The position numbers were made by a program, and so were the translations under genes. Under the pieces are notes generated by a model that had not been told where the DNA came from, did no database searches, and saw only the letters and a list, made by a program, of their open reading frames with translations. From assembly GCA_020350725.1 (NCBI GenBank), contig CP070719.1, positions 308,999 to 372,998 on the forward strand: DNA of 64,000 nucleotides, given 5' to 3'. This stretch comes from a bacterium. Its GTDB lineage: Bacteria > BMS3Abin14. This document shows, piece after piece, positions 27,256 to 37,654 of the stretch; the stretch's first letter is position 1, and the number at the start of each line of letters is the position of its first letter.

Positions 27256-29101
27256 GATATCGACCGTCGATGATCTGAAGGCCCTGAACGACCGGCTCGC
27301 AGCCGAGCGCAACGACGGGACCATTCTGATGACCGTTTGCGGGGGGCCCGGATGCCAGGCCTCGCGTTGCCAGGACGTCGCAGCCGAGGTGAGGAAGGGG
27401 CTCGACGGAAACGGACTCGATGGAAAGGTGCGCCTGAGGGTAACGGGGTGCCATGGCTTCTGCGAGGTGGGTCCCATCATCGTTATCGACCCCAGCAACA
27501 CCTTTTACTGCAGGGTGAAGCCATCCGATGTCGAGGAGATCTTCGACCAGACCCTTCGGAAGGGGGAGATCATCCCGAGACTGCTATACACCGACCCGGT
27601 AAGGGGCGAGACGGTACAGACCGAGGCCGAGGTTCCCTTCTACCGGGCCCAGACCCCTACTCTCCTCTCCCAGAACCGGCTGGTGGATCCCCTGTCCATC
27701 GAGGACTATCTCGCCATCGGCGGTTACCGCGGATTGGCCAAGGTCCTCACCGAAATGACGCCCGAGTCGGTCATCGGTGAGATCGAGGCTTCAGGCCTGC
27801 GCGGCAGGGGAGGGGGCGGATTCCCCACGGCGCGGAAATGGGCGGCCTGCCGCGCCGCGCGGGGTGAGGAGAAGTACGTTATCTGTAACGCCGACGAGGG
27901 CGATCCGGGTGCCTTCATGGACCGGGGTATCCTCGAGGGTAATCCCCATGCGGTCCTGGAGGGGATGATCATCGGCGCCTTCGCCATCGGCTCCGAGACG
28001 GGTTACATCTACGTCCGCAACGAGTATCCCATAGCGGTGGAACATTCAAGGGAAGCGATCCGGCAGGCCCGGGAATACGGTCTGCTCGGCGACGACATCC
28101 TCGGCTCCGGAATGCGGTTCGACATACAGGTTGCCCGGGGCGGGGGGGCCTTTGTCTGCGGGGAATCAACGGCTCTCATGGCCTCCCTCGAGGGGAAGGT
28201 GGGTGAGCCGAGGCCCAAGGATATTCACACCGTGGAGCAGGGACTCTGGAACAAACCCTCCACCCTCAACAATGTCGAGACCTGGGCCAACGTGCCTTCG
28301 ATCATCAACAAGGGTTCCGGCTGGTTCGCCGGCATGGGAACGGACGGCAGCAAGGGGACCAAGATCCTGGCCCTCACCGGACAGGTTAAGAACACGGGCC
28401 TGGTGGAAGTGGCCTTTGGCACCTCCATCCGGACCATCCTCGATGAGATCGGCGGCGGTGGACGCAACGGAAAAAACATCAAGGCCGTTCAAACGGGTGG
28501 TCCCTCCGGGGGATGTCTTCCGGCCTCCATGTTCGACCTTCCGGTAGACTTCGACGTGCTCTGGGATGCGGGATCGATGATCGGATCGGGCGGTTTGGTC
28601 GTCATGGACGAAAAGACCTGCATGGTGGATGTGGCCAAATACTTCCTCAATTTCCTCCAGGACGAATCGTGCGGCAAGTGCGTTCCCTGCCGGGTCGGTG
28701 TGAGTCGACTGCTGGAGATCGTCGACGACATCACCGAGGGCAGGGGGAGGCCGGAGCAGGTTGACCTTCTGCTGGAACTCGGTGACACGGTGGCCCAGAC
28801 GGCCCTTTGCGGCCTGGGCAAGACGGCTCCCAACCCGGCTCTGTCCACCCTGCGTTATTTCCCGGAGGAGTACGAGGCCCACATCAGGGATCATCGATGT
28901 CCGGCGGGCGTCTGCACCGCCCTCATCCATTATTCCATCCGCACCGAGGTCTGCGACGCTTGCGGGGCCTGTTTAAAGGCGTGCCCATATGGTGCCATTC
29001 ACGAAGACGATGAGGGGTTTTTCGCCATTGACCAGCAGATCTGCAACAAATGCGGAATCTGCCCGACCGCCTGCAACCACGAAGCCATAGTCGTCCAGTA
29101 A
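27248..29101 (+). CDS. NuoF/HoxF/HndC-like NAD(P)H-binding flavoprotein subunit with N-terminal 2Fe-2S and C-terminal 4Fe-4S domains
   Basis: GGFPTARKW (FMN/NADH site), CGKCVPCRVG, C-terminal 2x[4Fe-4S] (CDACGACLKACP, CNKCGICPTAC). Confidence 0.85.
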   Translation: MPRISTVDDLKALNDRLAAERNDGTILMTVCGGPGCQASRCQDVAAEVRKGLDGNGLDGKVRLRVTGCHGFCEVGPIIVIDPSNTFYCRVKPSDVEEIFDQTLRKGEIIPRLLYTDPVRGETVQTEAEVPFYRAQTPTLLSQNRLVDPLSIEDYLAIGGYRGLAKVLTEMTPESVIGEIEASGLRGRGGGGFPTARKWAACRAARGEEKYVICNADEGDPGAFMDRGILEGNPHAVLEGMIIGAFAIGSETGYIYVRNEYPIAVEHSREAIRQAREYGLLGDDILGSGMRFDIQVARGGGAFVCGESTALMASLEGKVGEPRPKDIHTVEQGLWNKPSTLNNVETWANVPSIINKGSGWFAGMGTDGSKGTKILALTGQVKNTGLVEVAFGTSIRTILDEIGGGGRNGKNIKAVQTGGPSGGCLPASMFDLPVDFDVLWDAGSMIGSGGLVVMDEKTCMVDVAKYFLNFLQDESCGKCVPCRVGVSRLLEIVDDITEGRGRPEQVDLLLELGDTVAQTALCGLGKTAPNPALSTLRYFPEEYEAHIRDHRCPAGVCTALIHYSIRTEVCDACGACLKACPYGAIHEDDEGFFAIDQQICNKCGICPTACNHEAIVVQ

Positions 29102-29114
29102 GGGAGGGAGAAAA

Positions 29115-29801
29115 ATGCAGTCACAAGTGACACTTACCATAGACGGGTCAACCGTACGCGCCCCGAAGGGAGCGAGCGTCCTGGAAGCCGCCCTCAGTTA
29201 CTCCATCTGCATCCCCCACCTCTGTCATCTCCCCACCCTCTCCGATGTCGGCGCCTGCCGGCTTTGCATCGTCGAACACGCCATGAACGGACGGTCGAAG
29301 ATCACCACATCCTGCACCCTCCTCGTGCAGGAGGGGATGGTGATCCACGCCAACTCTGATCGGGTCAGATCGCTGCGCCGGAACATCGCTGAACTCCTGG
29401 TGGCCCAGGCGCCCAATTCCCGGGCCATCCAGGACATAGCGATGCGCTGCGGTGTCAAGGAGGTCCGCTATCCCTTCCGCCAGGACGACTGCATCCTCTG
29501 CGGACGGTGTGTGAGGACGTGCAAGGAATCCTACCGGGCGAACGCCATCGATTTCGTGGGCCGGGGCCGGGAACGCCGGGTGGACTATCCTTACGGGGAG
29601 CGCCCTGAATCCTGCGTGATGTGCCGGGCCTGCGTGTCCCTCTGCCCGATGGCGATCACACCGTGTGACGGTCCGATGAAGCCGGGAGAGGAGTACCTGT
29701 GCGGAAAATGCGAGTCGGTTACCCAGACCCCTCAGTACAGTGTAGGAGACTGTATCCGGTGCGACCTGGGTAAGGGATTCGACTGTGTGCGCCACCGCTG
29801 A
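29115..29801 (+). CDS. HoxU/NuoG-N-terminal-like Fe-S subunit (2Fe-2S + 4Fe-4S), no catalytic domain
   Basis: 228 aa. Cys pattern CHLPTLSDVGACRLCIV, then CILCGRCVRTC and CVMCRACVSLCP. Confidence 0.65.
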   Translation: MQSQVTLTIDGSTVRAPKGASVLEAALSYSICIPHLCHLPTLSDVGACRLCIVEHAMNGRSKITTSCTLLVQEGMVIHANSDRVRSLRRNIAELLVAQAPNSRAIQDIAMRCGVKEVRYPFRQDDCILCGRCVRTCKESYRANAIDFVGRGRERRVDYPYGERPESCVMCRACVSLCPMAITPCDGPMKPGEEYLCGKCESVTQTPQYSVGDCIRCDLGKGFDCVRHR

Positions 29802-30080
29802 TATCCCATCAAGCCCAGATCATAGTGCCGCTGAGACAGGATGGCCCCCCTGACCCGGGGGGCCTCCTGTTTTCGGCCATCGGTTCCCGGTCCGGCTGCG
29901 GCCTTCGCGATCCTTGGAATCGGAGCTTTAGCGTTCAGGATCGTTGCCTCCCCGAGTGCGGTTCCAGGTTCCATCCCTCCCCTTCGACAGGGGGCCGGTG
30001 CGGGGGCAGTCCACCCCGCTCTCACCCGTTGTCGCCTTCCCCGGTTCCCTTATTTCCTCTTCGGGGTATAATAGCTGCGT

Positions 30081-30165
30081 GCGAGAATGGCGGAACTGGC
30101 AGACGCGCTGGATTTAGGATCCAGTACCTAGCGGTGTGGGGGTTCGAATCCCCCTTCTCGCACCA
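30081..30165 (+). tRNA. tRNA-Leu (anticodon TAG)
   Basis: Acceptor gcgagaa/ttctcgc, anticodon stem ctgga/tccag with loop ttTAGga, long variable arm, T-loop GGTTCGAATCC, 3' ACCA. Confidence 0.85.
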
Positions 30166-30414
30166 CCCTTCGACAGGTTCAGGGTTGAAAATGAGTCAAC
30201 GATTGGATATCAGGGGGATGAGAACCCTGACCGAAGGTCACCGGTGAGCCTGTCCTGAACGGAGTGAAGGAAATCCCCCTTCTCGCACCACCCTTCGACA
30301 GGCTCAGGGTTGAAAATGGGTCTTCGATTGGATATCAGGGGGATGAGAACCCTGACCGAAGGTCACCGGTGAGCCTGTCCTGAACGGAGTGAAGGAAATC
30401 CCCCTTCTCGCACC
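30166..30414 (+). repeat. two tandem ~125-bp direct repeats, each ending in a copy of the tRNA-Leu 3' end (ATCCCCCTTCTCGCACC)
   Basis: Unit cccttcgacagg(t/c)tcagggttgaaaatg...gaaggaaatcccccttctcgcacc occurs twice (30166-30290, 30291-30414) with only a few substitutions. Confidence 0.8.
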
Positions 30415-30662
30415 GGCAGCGTCCCTGCCGGACTACGGGTGTAAAGTATAATAGGGATAAGGGCAAAGGGGACATCACAGCCCGTTTTCTTGACCATATT
30501 TTCTCTTTCTACTTTCGACGCTAACCTTTTCCCTCTGACATCTCTTGCTCAATGTGTCTTTTTTTTGTAGCATCAGCCACCCACACTGGGAGTTCAGGGT
30601 TCTGGAACCTGAAATCCGGAATTTGTAACGAAGTCCTAACCTTTACAGGGATACCATATTAA

Positions 30663-32051
30663 ATGAAGATCAACGTTGAGAAGACGAGTGAGGTCGAGAG
30701 AAAGTTGAACGTGGAGATACCCTGGGAGACGGTCAGGGAGGAGATCGACCGAAGCCTGACAAAGATCCGCAGGACAGCCACCCTCAAGGGCTTCCGCAAG
30801 GGCAAGGCGCCCCTTGATCTGGTCCGCAGGATCTATTCCGATGACGCCCGCCAGGAGGCGATCAACGCCCTCGTCATGCGGGCCACAAGGCAGGCCCTGG
30901 ACCAACACAACCTGGAGCCCTACGGCAATCCCTACCTGACGGACGTCAGATCTGAAGACAATGAGCCGATGGTCTTTGAGGCGATGGTGGAGCTGTCCCC
31001 GAGATTCGAGGTGTCCGATTATCGCGGCCTGGTCCTGGAAAGGCCTTTCAGGGAGGTCACGAGCGGGGACGTGGATGGTTTTCTCTTCACGCTGAGAGAG
31101 CGCAATGCAGAGGCTGTCCCGGTTGAGGATGCAAGAGCCCTGAGGGACGGGGACGTGGCCACCGTGCACTTCAAGGGGTCCAAGGGCGGCGAGGTTCTCC
31201 AGGGTATGGATATCGATGACTTCGAGATCCGGCTGGGCAGAGAGCAGCTCATCCCGGGTTTCGAGGAGCAGATCGTCGGGATGAAAGCCGGCGAGAAGAG
31301 GGAGTTCGATCTTCCCTTCCCTGAGGAATACCCCCAGGAAAACCTTGCCGGAGAGACCGTCCACTTCGAGGTACTTCTCAAAGAGGTCAAAGAGATGAAG
31401 ATCCCGGACCTCAACGATGATTTCGCGAGGACCATTGGGGAGTTCGAAACTCTGGAAGATCTGAGAAAAAACATTCAGGATGACATGGATGAGGCGGCCA
31501 ATACCGAAGCGGAGAAAGCCCTGCGGGCCAACCTCACCCGAAGCCTTTTGGACAGCAACGTCTTCGAAGTTCCTCCCTCTCTCGTCGATAAGGAGATACG
31601 CTACCTGACCCAGGAGTATGGCGAGAATCTCCTGCGGGGAGGGCTCTCCAATGAAAAGGTCAGGGAGCTGATAATGGCCAATGAGGCTGATATCAAGAGG
31701 GCGGCCGGGGAGCACGTGCGCCTGATGTACCTGGTGAACAGGATCGCCGAAAAGGAGGAGATCAAAGCCGAACAGAAGGAGATCCTGAGTGTTGTCGCAC
31801 AGGCTGCCCAGCAGATGGGACGGCCGGTGAACGAACTCATGGACCAGTACAGCGAGGACGGCACGGTTAACGAGATCGCCTTCAATATCATCAGGAACAA
31901 GGTTTTCGACACCATCCTGGAGAGCGCAACGGTCAGTGACGTGAGATTGAAGGAAGGGGATACGGGTAAGACCGAGAACAGGTCCCAGGCGAAGACCAGG
32001 ACAAAGACAAAGCCTAAAAAGAAGGCTGATGCTGACGCGGAGTCGCGGTGA
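30663..32051 (+). CDS. tig: trigger factor
   Basis: MKINVEKTSEVERKLNVEIP..., PPIase domain GFRKGKAP. Conserved position upstream of clpP-clpX. Confidence 0.9.
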   Translation: MKINVEKTSEVERKLNVEIPWETVREEIDRSLTKIRRTATLKGFRKGKAPLDLVRRIYSDDARQEAINALVMRATRQALDQHNLEPYGNPYLTDVRSEDNEPMVFEAMVELSPRFEVSDYRGLVLERPFREVTSGDVDGFLFTLRERNAEAVPVEDARALRDGDVATVHFKGSKGGEVLQGMDIDDFEIRLGREQLIPGFEEQIVGMKAGEKREFDLPFPEEYPQENLAGETVHFEVLLKEVKEMKIPDLNDDFARTIGEFETLEDLRKNIQDDMDEAANTEAEKALRANLTRSLLDSNVFEVPPSLVDKEIRYLTQEYGENLLRGGLSNEKVRELIMANEADIKRAAGEHVRLMYLVNRIAEKEEIKAEQKEILSVVAQAAQQMGRPVNELMDQYSEDGTVNEIAFNIIRNKVFDTILESATVSDVRLKEGDTGKTENRSQAKTRTKTKPKKKADADAESR

Positions 32052-32131
32052 CACGGAGACACGGAGATTGTTCTCCCTGTCTTCCTGTCACCCCCCCTGT
32101 CGTTGAGCGAAAGAATCATTAGGAGCGAGAC

Positions 32132-32731
32132 ATGAATCTGATACCCATGGTAATCGAACAGACAGGCCGTGGCGAAAGGGCCTACGATATCTACTCGAGG
32201 CTTCTGAAGGACCGGATCATCTTTCTGGGTACGGCCATCGACGACACGGTGTCGAACCTTCTGATCGCCCAGCTTCTCTACCTCGAGGCGGAGAGCCCGG
32301 ATCAGGACGTCCACATCTACATCAACAGCCCGGGCGGTTCCGTTTCAGCCGGTCTTGCTATCTATGACACCCTGCGTTACATTAAACCGGAAATTGAAAC
32401 CATTTGCATCGGGCAGGCAGCCAGCATGGCGGCTTTGATCCTGTCCGCCGGGACGAGGGGAAAGAGACTGGCCCTGCCCCACGCTAGGATCATGATCCAC
32501 CAGCCGATGGGAGGTTTCTCGGGCCAGGCTTCGGATATAGATATCCACGCCAGGGAGATCCTGAGGATCAAATCCGAGATCAACAGGATCCTGTCCGAGG
32601 CCACGGGACAGCCCATAGAGAGGATCGAAGCCGATACGGACAGGGATTTCTTCATGTCGGGTGCGCAGGCCATCGAATACGGGCTGGTTGACAGAGTCAT
32701 CTCCAGCCGTCTGACACCAGAAGCCGTCTAG
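32132..32731 (+). CDS. clpP: ATP-dependent Clp protease proteolytic subunit
   Basis: Catalytic triad context ([14 protein letters not shown]). Confidence 0.95.
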   Translation: MNLIPMVIEQTGRGERAYDIYSRLLKDRIIFLGTAIDDTVSNLLIAQLLYLEAESPDQDVHIYINSPGGSVSAGLAIYDTLRYIKPEIETICIGQAASMAALILSAGTRGKRLALPHARIMIHQPMGGFSGQASDIDIHAREILRIKSEINRILSEATGQPIERIEADTDRDFFMSGAQAIEYGLVDRVISSRLTPEAV

Positions 32732-32745
32732 TACAGGGAGATAAA

Positions 32746-34017
32746 ATGGGCGATTCGACGACAAAAGACAGCAGCGTCCTGAGATGCTCCTTCTGCGGCA
32801 AGACCCAGGACGAGGTGCGCAAACTGATTGCCGGACCGACGGTGTACATCTGCAACGAGTGTGTCGAGCTCTGTACCGACATCATCGAGGAGGAGTGGGA
32901 GAGAGAAGAGGGAGAGCGTATCTCCAAGGGGCTCCTGAAGCCCGAACAGATCAAGGCGGCCCTGGACGAGTACGTCATCGGTCAGATCAGGGCCAAGAAG
33001 ATCCTGTCCGTGGCCGTTTACAATCATTACAAACGCATAGAGGCGAACTCGGACGACGTTGAGCTCCAGAAGAGCAATATTTTCCTCATCGGGCCCACTG
33101 GCTCCGGCAAGACGCTGCTGGCTCAGACCCTGGCCAAGATCCTCAATGTCCCCTTCGCCATCGTTGACGCGACCACGCTGACGGAAGCCGGGTACGTGGG
33201 AGAAGACGTCGAAAATATCATACTCAGGCTTCTTCAGAATGCCGACTACGACGTGAGCCGCGCCGAGAAGGGGATCGTATACATCGACGAGATCGACAAG
33301 ATAGCGAGGAAGAGCGACAACCCCTCCATTACCAGGGACGTGTCGGGTGAAGGTGTGCAGCAGGCCCTTCTGAAGATCATCGAGGGCACTGTGGCCAACG
33401 TGCCGCCGCAGGGAGGGCGGAAGCATCCGCAGCAGGAGTTCATCGCCGTCAACACAGACAACATCCTGTTTATCTGCGGCGGAGCTTTCGTGGGCCTCGA
33501 GGCGGTCATCGAACAGAGGATCGGCGCCAAGAACCTCGGGTTCGGGGCGGATGTCAAGTCCCCAACCGAGAAGGATATCGGTGAGATCCTCTCCCAGATG
33601 CAGCCCGAGGATCTGATACGCTTCGGGATGATCCCCGAGTTCGTGGGCAGGGTCCCCGTGGTAGCCACCCTCCACGACCTTGACGAGGAGTCACTGGTAA
33701 GGATCCTGACGGAACCGAAGAACGCTCTCGTCAAGCAGTACCAGAAGTTCTTCGAGTTCGAGAACACGCTGCTGAAATTTACCGATGGAGCCCTCAAGGC
33801 CGTTTCCAAAGAGGCCATAAAGCGTAAATCCGGGGCCAGGGGTCTCAGGGCCATACTGGAGGACGTCATGCTGGACATCATGTATGACCTTCCCTCCCAG
33901 CCCAATGTCCGGGAGTGCATCGCCAATGAGGACGTTGTTCTTCGCGGGGCCGACCCCATCCTGCTTTACGATTCCGGGCCGGGAGAAGAGGAAGATACGG
34001 AGAAGCAGGTATCGTAG
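32746..34017 (+). CDS. clpX: ATP-dependent Clp protease ATP-binding subunit ClpX
   Basis: N-terminal zinc binding CSFCGK...CNEC, Walker A GPTGSGKT. Confidence 0.95.
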   Translation: MGDSTTKDSSVLRCSFCGKTQDEVRKLIAGPTVYICNECVELCTDIIEEEWEREEGERISKGLLKPEQIKAALDEYVIGQIRAKKILSVAVYNHYKRIEANSDDVELQKSNIFLIGPTGSGKTLLAQTLAKILNVPFAIVDATTLTEAGYVGEDVENIILRLLQNADYDVSRAEKGIVYIDEIDKIARKSDNPSITRDVSGEGVQQALLKIIEGTVANVPPQGGRKHPQQEFIAVNTDNILFICGGAFVGLEAVIEQRIGAKNLGFGADVKSPTEKDIGEILSQMQPEDLIRFGMIPEFVGRVPVVATLHDLDEESLVRILTEPKNALVKQYQKFFEFENTLLKFTDGALKAVSKEAIKRKSGARGLRAILEDVMLDIMYDLPSQPNVRECIANEDVVLRGADPILLYDSGPGEEEDTEKQVS

Positions 34018-34170
34018 ATATTCCCCCGGCGCCTGTACACACCGGCCGGCGCTATTTGTTCCGCCGGAAGGGCTGGTTTTTGATAACCTTGTACTAAATA
34101 GCTTCTGCTATTATCTCAGCCTCGCGAAGGCAGATTGACCCGCGAGGTGCGATTGGAGAGTGATCCATCC

Positions 34171-36594
34171 ATGGCTGACAATATCGGAAACACCATAATC
34201 ACCCAGGCACTGCCTGTCCTGCCGTTGAGGGACATCGTCGTCTTCCCCCATATGATCGTGCCCCTCTTTGTGGGCAGGCCCAAATCCATCCGGGCTCTCG
34301 AAGAGGCCATGGAGGCGGAGAAGAATATCCTCCTCTCGGCCCAGAAGGACGCAAAGGTCGACGATCCCACCCCCGAGGAGATCCATCAGGTGGGGACATT
34401 GTCCTCCATACTCCAGATGCTTCGCCTGCCCGATGGGACGGTGAAGGTCCTGGTTGAGGGTCAGACGAGGGTCCGCCTGTCCAATTTCCAGGAGACGGAG
34501 GAATATTTCTCCGCCGAGTATGAGGAGCTGGACTTCTACTGCCCGAGGGACCCGGAGCTGGAGGCCCTCATGCGAAGCATCGTGGACCGCTTTGAGCGCT
34601 ACTCCAAGCTGAACAAGAAAGTGCCCCAGGAGATCCTCGCCTCCCTGAACACGGTCGATGAACCCGGGAAGTTCGCCGACACGGTGGCTGCCCACATGCT
34701 TCTCAAGGTAGAGGATAAGCAGGAGCTCCTGGAGACTGTGGAGGTTCCCCAGCGACTGGAGAATGTCCTCCAGATCCTCGAGTCCGAGATCGAGATCCTG
34801 CAGATCGAGAGAAAGATCCGCAGCCGCGTCAAGCGCCAGATGGAGCGAACCCAGAAGGAATACTATCTCAATGAACAGATGAGGGCGATCCAGAAGGAGC
34901 TCGGCGAGAAGGATGAAGCCAAACAGGAGGTCCAGGAGCTCGAGGAGAAGATCAAGAAGGCCGGCATGCCCGAGGAGGTCCACGAGAAGGCCATGAAGGA
35001 ACTCCGCCGCCTCAAGATGATGGCTCCCATGGCCGCCGAGGCCACCGTGGTGCGCAATTACATCGACTGGCTGATCTCCATTCCCTGGAAGGACCGGACG
35101 GATGACAAGCTGGATATAACTGAGGCCGAGCGGATCCTGGAGGAGGACCATTACGGGCTGAAGAAGGTCAAGGAGAGGATCCTGGAGTACCTGGCTGTCC
35201 ACCAGCTTGTCGGCAAGCTGAAGGGTCCGATCCTCTGTTTCGTCGGTCCTCCCGGGGTCGGTAAAACGTCCCTGGCAAAATCCATCGCCCGGGCGCTGGG
35301 ACGCAACTTCGTCAGGCTTTCACTGGGCGGCGTCAGAGACGAGGCCGAGATAAGGGGTCATCGCAGGACCTACATCGGGGCTCTGCCGGGAAGGATCATC
35401 CAGTCCATGAAGAGGGCTAAAACGGTCAACCCGGTCTTCCTCCTCGATGAGGTGGACAAGATGAGCATGGACTTCAGGGGCGACCCGTCATCGGCCCTGC
35501 TGGAGGTCCTCGATCCGGAGCAGAACAATTCCTTTTCGGACCATTATCTGGAGGTTGACTACGACCTCTCGGAGATCATGTTCATCACGACGGCCAACAC
35601 CCTCGATCCCATCCCGGCTCCCCTCAAGGACAGGATGGAGATCATCCGCATCGCGGGATACACGGAGCCGGAGAAGCTGAACATCGCCAAGAAGTTCCTG
35701 GTCAAGAAGCAGCTCGACACCCACGGTCTGACGAACTCCCAGCTGAGGTTCAACGACAGCGGCATCCTCTCCATTATCAGGGGCTACACAAGGGAGAGCG
35801 GCGTTCGAAGTCTGGAGAGGGAGATCGCCTCAGTTTGCCGTAAGGTGGCGAGGGAGGTCGTGAAGGTCGGCAGGGACAAGGCCAGGCAGATGAGAATCAA
35901 CTCCAAAATCATCCCCAGGTATCTCGGCGTTGCCAAGTTCCAGCACGGGGTCATCGAGGAGAAGGACCGGGTCGGTCTGACCACGGGCCTCGCCTGGACG
36001 GAGACGGGCGGAGAACTTCTCCAGACGGAAGTGACTGTTCTGGACGGAAAGGGGAACCTCACCCTGACCGGAAAGCTCGGTGACGTCATGCAGGAATCCG
36101 CCAGGGCAGCGGTGAGCTACGTCCGATCGAAGGCGGACGAACTGGGCATCCCCAGGGACTTCTATCAGAAGATCGACATCCACATCCACGTCCCGGAAGG
36201 GGCGATCCCCAAGGACGGGCCGTCGGCAGGGATCACCATTGCCACATCCCTCGCATCGGCCCTGACCGGGCGGCCGGTTCGCCATGACGTGGCCATGACC
36301 GGAGAGATCACTCTGCGGGGAAGGATCCTCAAGATCGGCGGTCTCAAGGAGAAACTTCTTGCTGCCAACCGGGGCGGTGTCACGGATGTCATCATTCCCA
36401 AAGAGAATCTCATGGACCTCAGGGAGGTTCCCAAGGAGATCCTGAAGGGTCTGACCATCCACAACTTCGAGAGCATGGACGATGTCCTTGGCCTGGCCCT
36501 CAGGCAGGCGGTCGAGGAGCCGCTCCTGAAGGCCCTCCGGAAGACCGAAACCGGTGAGATCGGGGGAGACTCGGATTCCGTCCACGCGCACTAG
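34171..36594 (+). CDS. lon: ATP-dependent protease Lon
   Basis: [24 protein letters not shown]-domain, Walker [10 protein letters not shown], catalytic Ser-Lys domain (DGPSAGIT). ATG at 34171 with GGAGAG RBS is preferred over the track start at 34135. Confidence 0.9.
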   Translation: MADNIGNTIITQALPVLPLRDIVVFPHMIVPLFVGRPKSIRALEEAMEAEKNILLSAQKDAKVDDPTPEEIHQVGTLSSILQMLRLPDGTVKVLVEGQTRVRLSNFQETEEYFSAEYEELDFYCPRDPELEALMRSIVDRFERYSKLNKKVPQEILASLNTVDEPGKFADTVAAHMLLKVEDKQELLETVEVPQRLENVLQILESEIEILQIERKIRSRVKRQMERTQKEYYLNEQMRAIQKELGEKDEAKQEVQELEEKIKKAGMPEEVHEKAMKELRRLKMMAPMAAEATVVRNYIDWLISIPWKDRTDDKLDITEAERILEEDHYGLKKVKERILEYLAVHQLVGKLKGPILCFVGPPGVGKTSLAKSIARALGRNFVRLSLGGVRDEAEIRGHRRTYIGALPGRIIQSMKRAKTVNPVFLLDEVDKMSMDFRGDPSSALLEVLDPEQNNSFSDHYLEVDYDLSEIMFITTANTLDPIPAPLKDRMEIIRIAGYTEPEKLNIAKKFLVKKQLDTHGLTNSQLRFNDSGILSIIRGYTRESGVRSLEREIASVCRKVAREVVKVGRDKARQMRINSKIIPRYLGVAKFQHGVIEEKDRVGLTTGLAWTETGGELLQTEVTVLDGKGNLTLTGKLGDVMQESARAAVSYVRSKADELGIPRDFYQKIDIHIHVPEGAIPKDGPSAGITIATSLASALTGRPVRHDVAMTGEITLRGRILKIGGLKEKLLAANRGGVTDVIIPKENLMDLREVPKEILKGLTIHNFESMDDVLGLALRQAVEEPLLKALRKTETGEIGGDSDSVHAH

Positions 36595-36790
36595 AGCGGG
36601 CTTTGCCCTGCACCGTCGGAATCATAAGATCCAAAGGCCGAATACCCAAGGTAAAGGGGTGTCGACCTGCCGGTAAATTACTCCAAAAGAACAGGATCCC
36701 GGGTTTGGAATCCGGATCTGAAATTTGGCATGAAATACATTTTGTATTATTGACATCACCGGACAAGATTATTATAAACAGTCTGCTCAT

Positions 36791-36866
36791 GGGCGGTTAG
36801 CTCAGTTGGGAGAGCATCGGCCTTACAAGCCGGGGGTCACAAGTTCGAGCCTTGTACCGCCCACCA
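36791..36866 (+). tRNA. tRNA-Val (anticodon TAC)
   Basis: gggcggt/accgccc acceptor, D-loop tagctcagttgggagagc, anticodon loop ctTACaa, T-loop GGTTCGAGCC, 3' ACCA. Confidence 0.85.
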
Positions 36867-36906
36867 CGTTCGGATACGCCGTAAAAGGTGGTAGAGTAAA
36901 ATATAC

Positions 36907-36983
<77 letters not shown>

Positions 36984-36992
36984 GAATCCTAA

Positions 36993-37025
36993 AGGGGGAT
37001 TGCATGTTGCGATCCCCCTTTTTCC
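36993..37025 (+). terminator. rho-independent terminator after the tRNA pair
   Basis: AGGGGGAT-tgcatgttgc-ATCCCCCT followed by TTTTT. Confidence 0.7.
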
Positions 37026-37043
37026 CTCAGCGAGGACGGAGAA

Positions 37044-37613
37044 ATGATGTCGAGAAAGATGATGCTTTGCGGTGTCCTGTCGGTCTTCCTTCTGGTGTCG
37101 GTCGCTTCCTTGACGGGTGCGTCCGACCAGGGGGGATTGAGCTCGGACGTCTCCCTGGCGGAAAAGGCCATCGAGGAAGAACGTTACGACGACGCCGTCG
37201 GCCTGATGGAGAAGCACGTCGAGGCCAGGCAGGAAAAAGCCCAGGGCGCTCAGGTGCGCTACCTCCTGGCGCTCGCCCTCTTTCACAGGACACGCCTGGA
37301 TATCAACGAGTGCCGGGAGCGGGGGGAGATAGGGTCTCGTCTGAAGACCGAGCAGGCGGACGAAATGAAGAGGGCGGAGAGGTATTTTCTCGAGAGCCAG
37401 GAGATGGATCCCGACGGTCCGAGAGCCGATGCCTGTCTCTACTTCGCGGGCGTCATCCAGGATTACGGCTGTCTCAACCATTTTGAGGATGCCAAGGACA
37501 CCTTCAATAAACTGGTTGACCTGTATCCGGAATCGGAATACGCCGAGGAAGCGAGGTTTCGGGCGGACAGGCTTGGCGGGCACGGCGGAGTGCCGAAAAG
37601 GGGATTCCATTAA
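37044..37613 (+). CDS. secreted TPR-like helical repeat protein
   Basis: Signal peptide MMSRKMMLCGVLSVFLLVSVASLTGA, then helical repeats (YLLALALF..., CLYFAGVIQDYGCLNHFEDAKDTFNKLVDLYPESEYAEEA). Confidence 0.55.
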   Translation: MMSRKMMLCGVLSVFLLVSVASLTGASDQGGLSSDVSLAEKAIEEERYDDAVGLMEKHVEARQEKAQGAQVRYLLALALFHRTRLDINECRERGEIGSRLKTEQADEMKRAERYFLESQEMDPDGPRADACLYFAGVIQDYGCLNHFEDAKDTFNKLVDLYPESEYAEEARFRADRLGGHGGVPKRGFH

Positions 37614-37654
37614 ACCTCTGAAGTCCAGGCCCCGCCGGCCGGCACTGTGTCCCA

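Noticed and set aside
29825-30247. 140-aa track ORF spanning tRNA-Leu and the tandem repeats
   Set aside because: It overlaps a well-formed tRNA and repeat DNA. There is no RBS and the product is low-complexity.
30166-30414. CRISPR array (also considered for the heptamer arrays)
   Set aside because: The repeats are ~125 bp with no unique spacers, or 7 nt with no spacers at all. Neither fits CRISPR architecture (28-37 bp repeats separated by unique spacers). No cas genes in the window.
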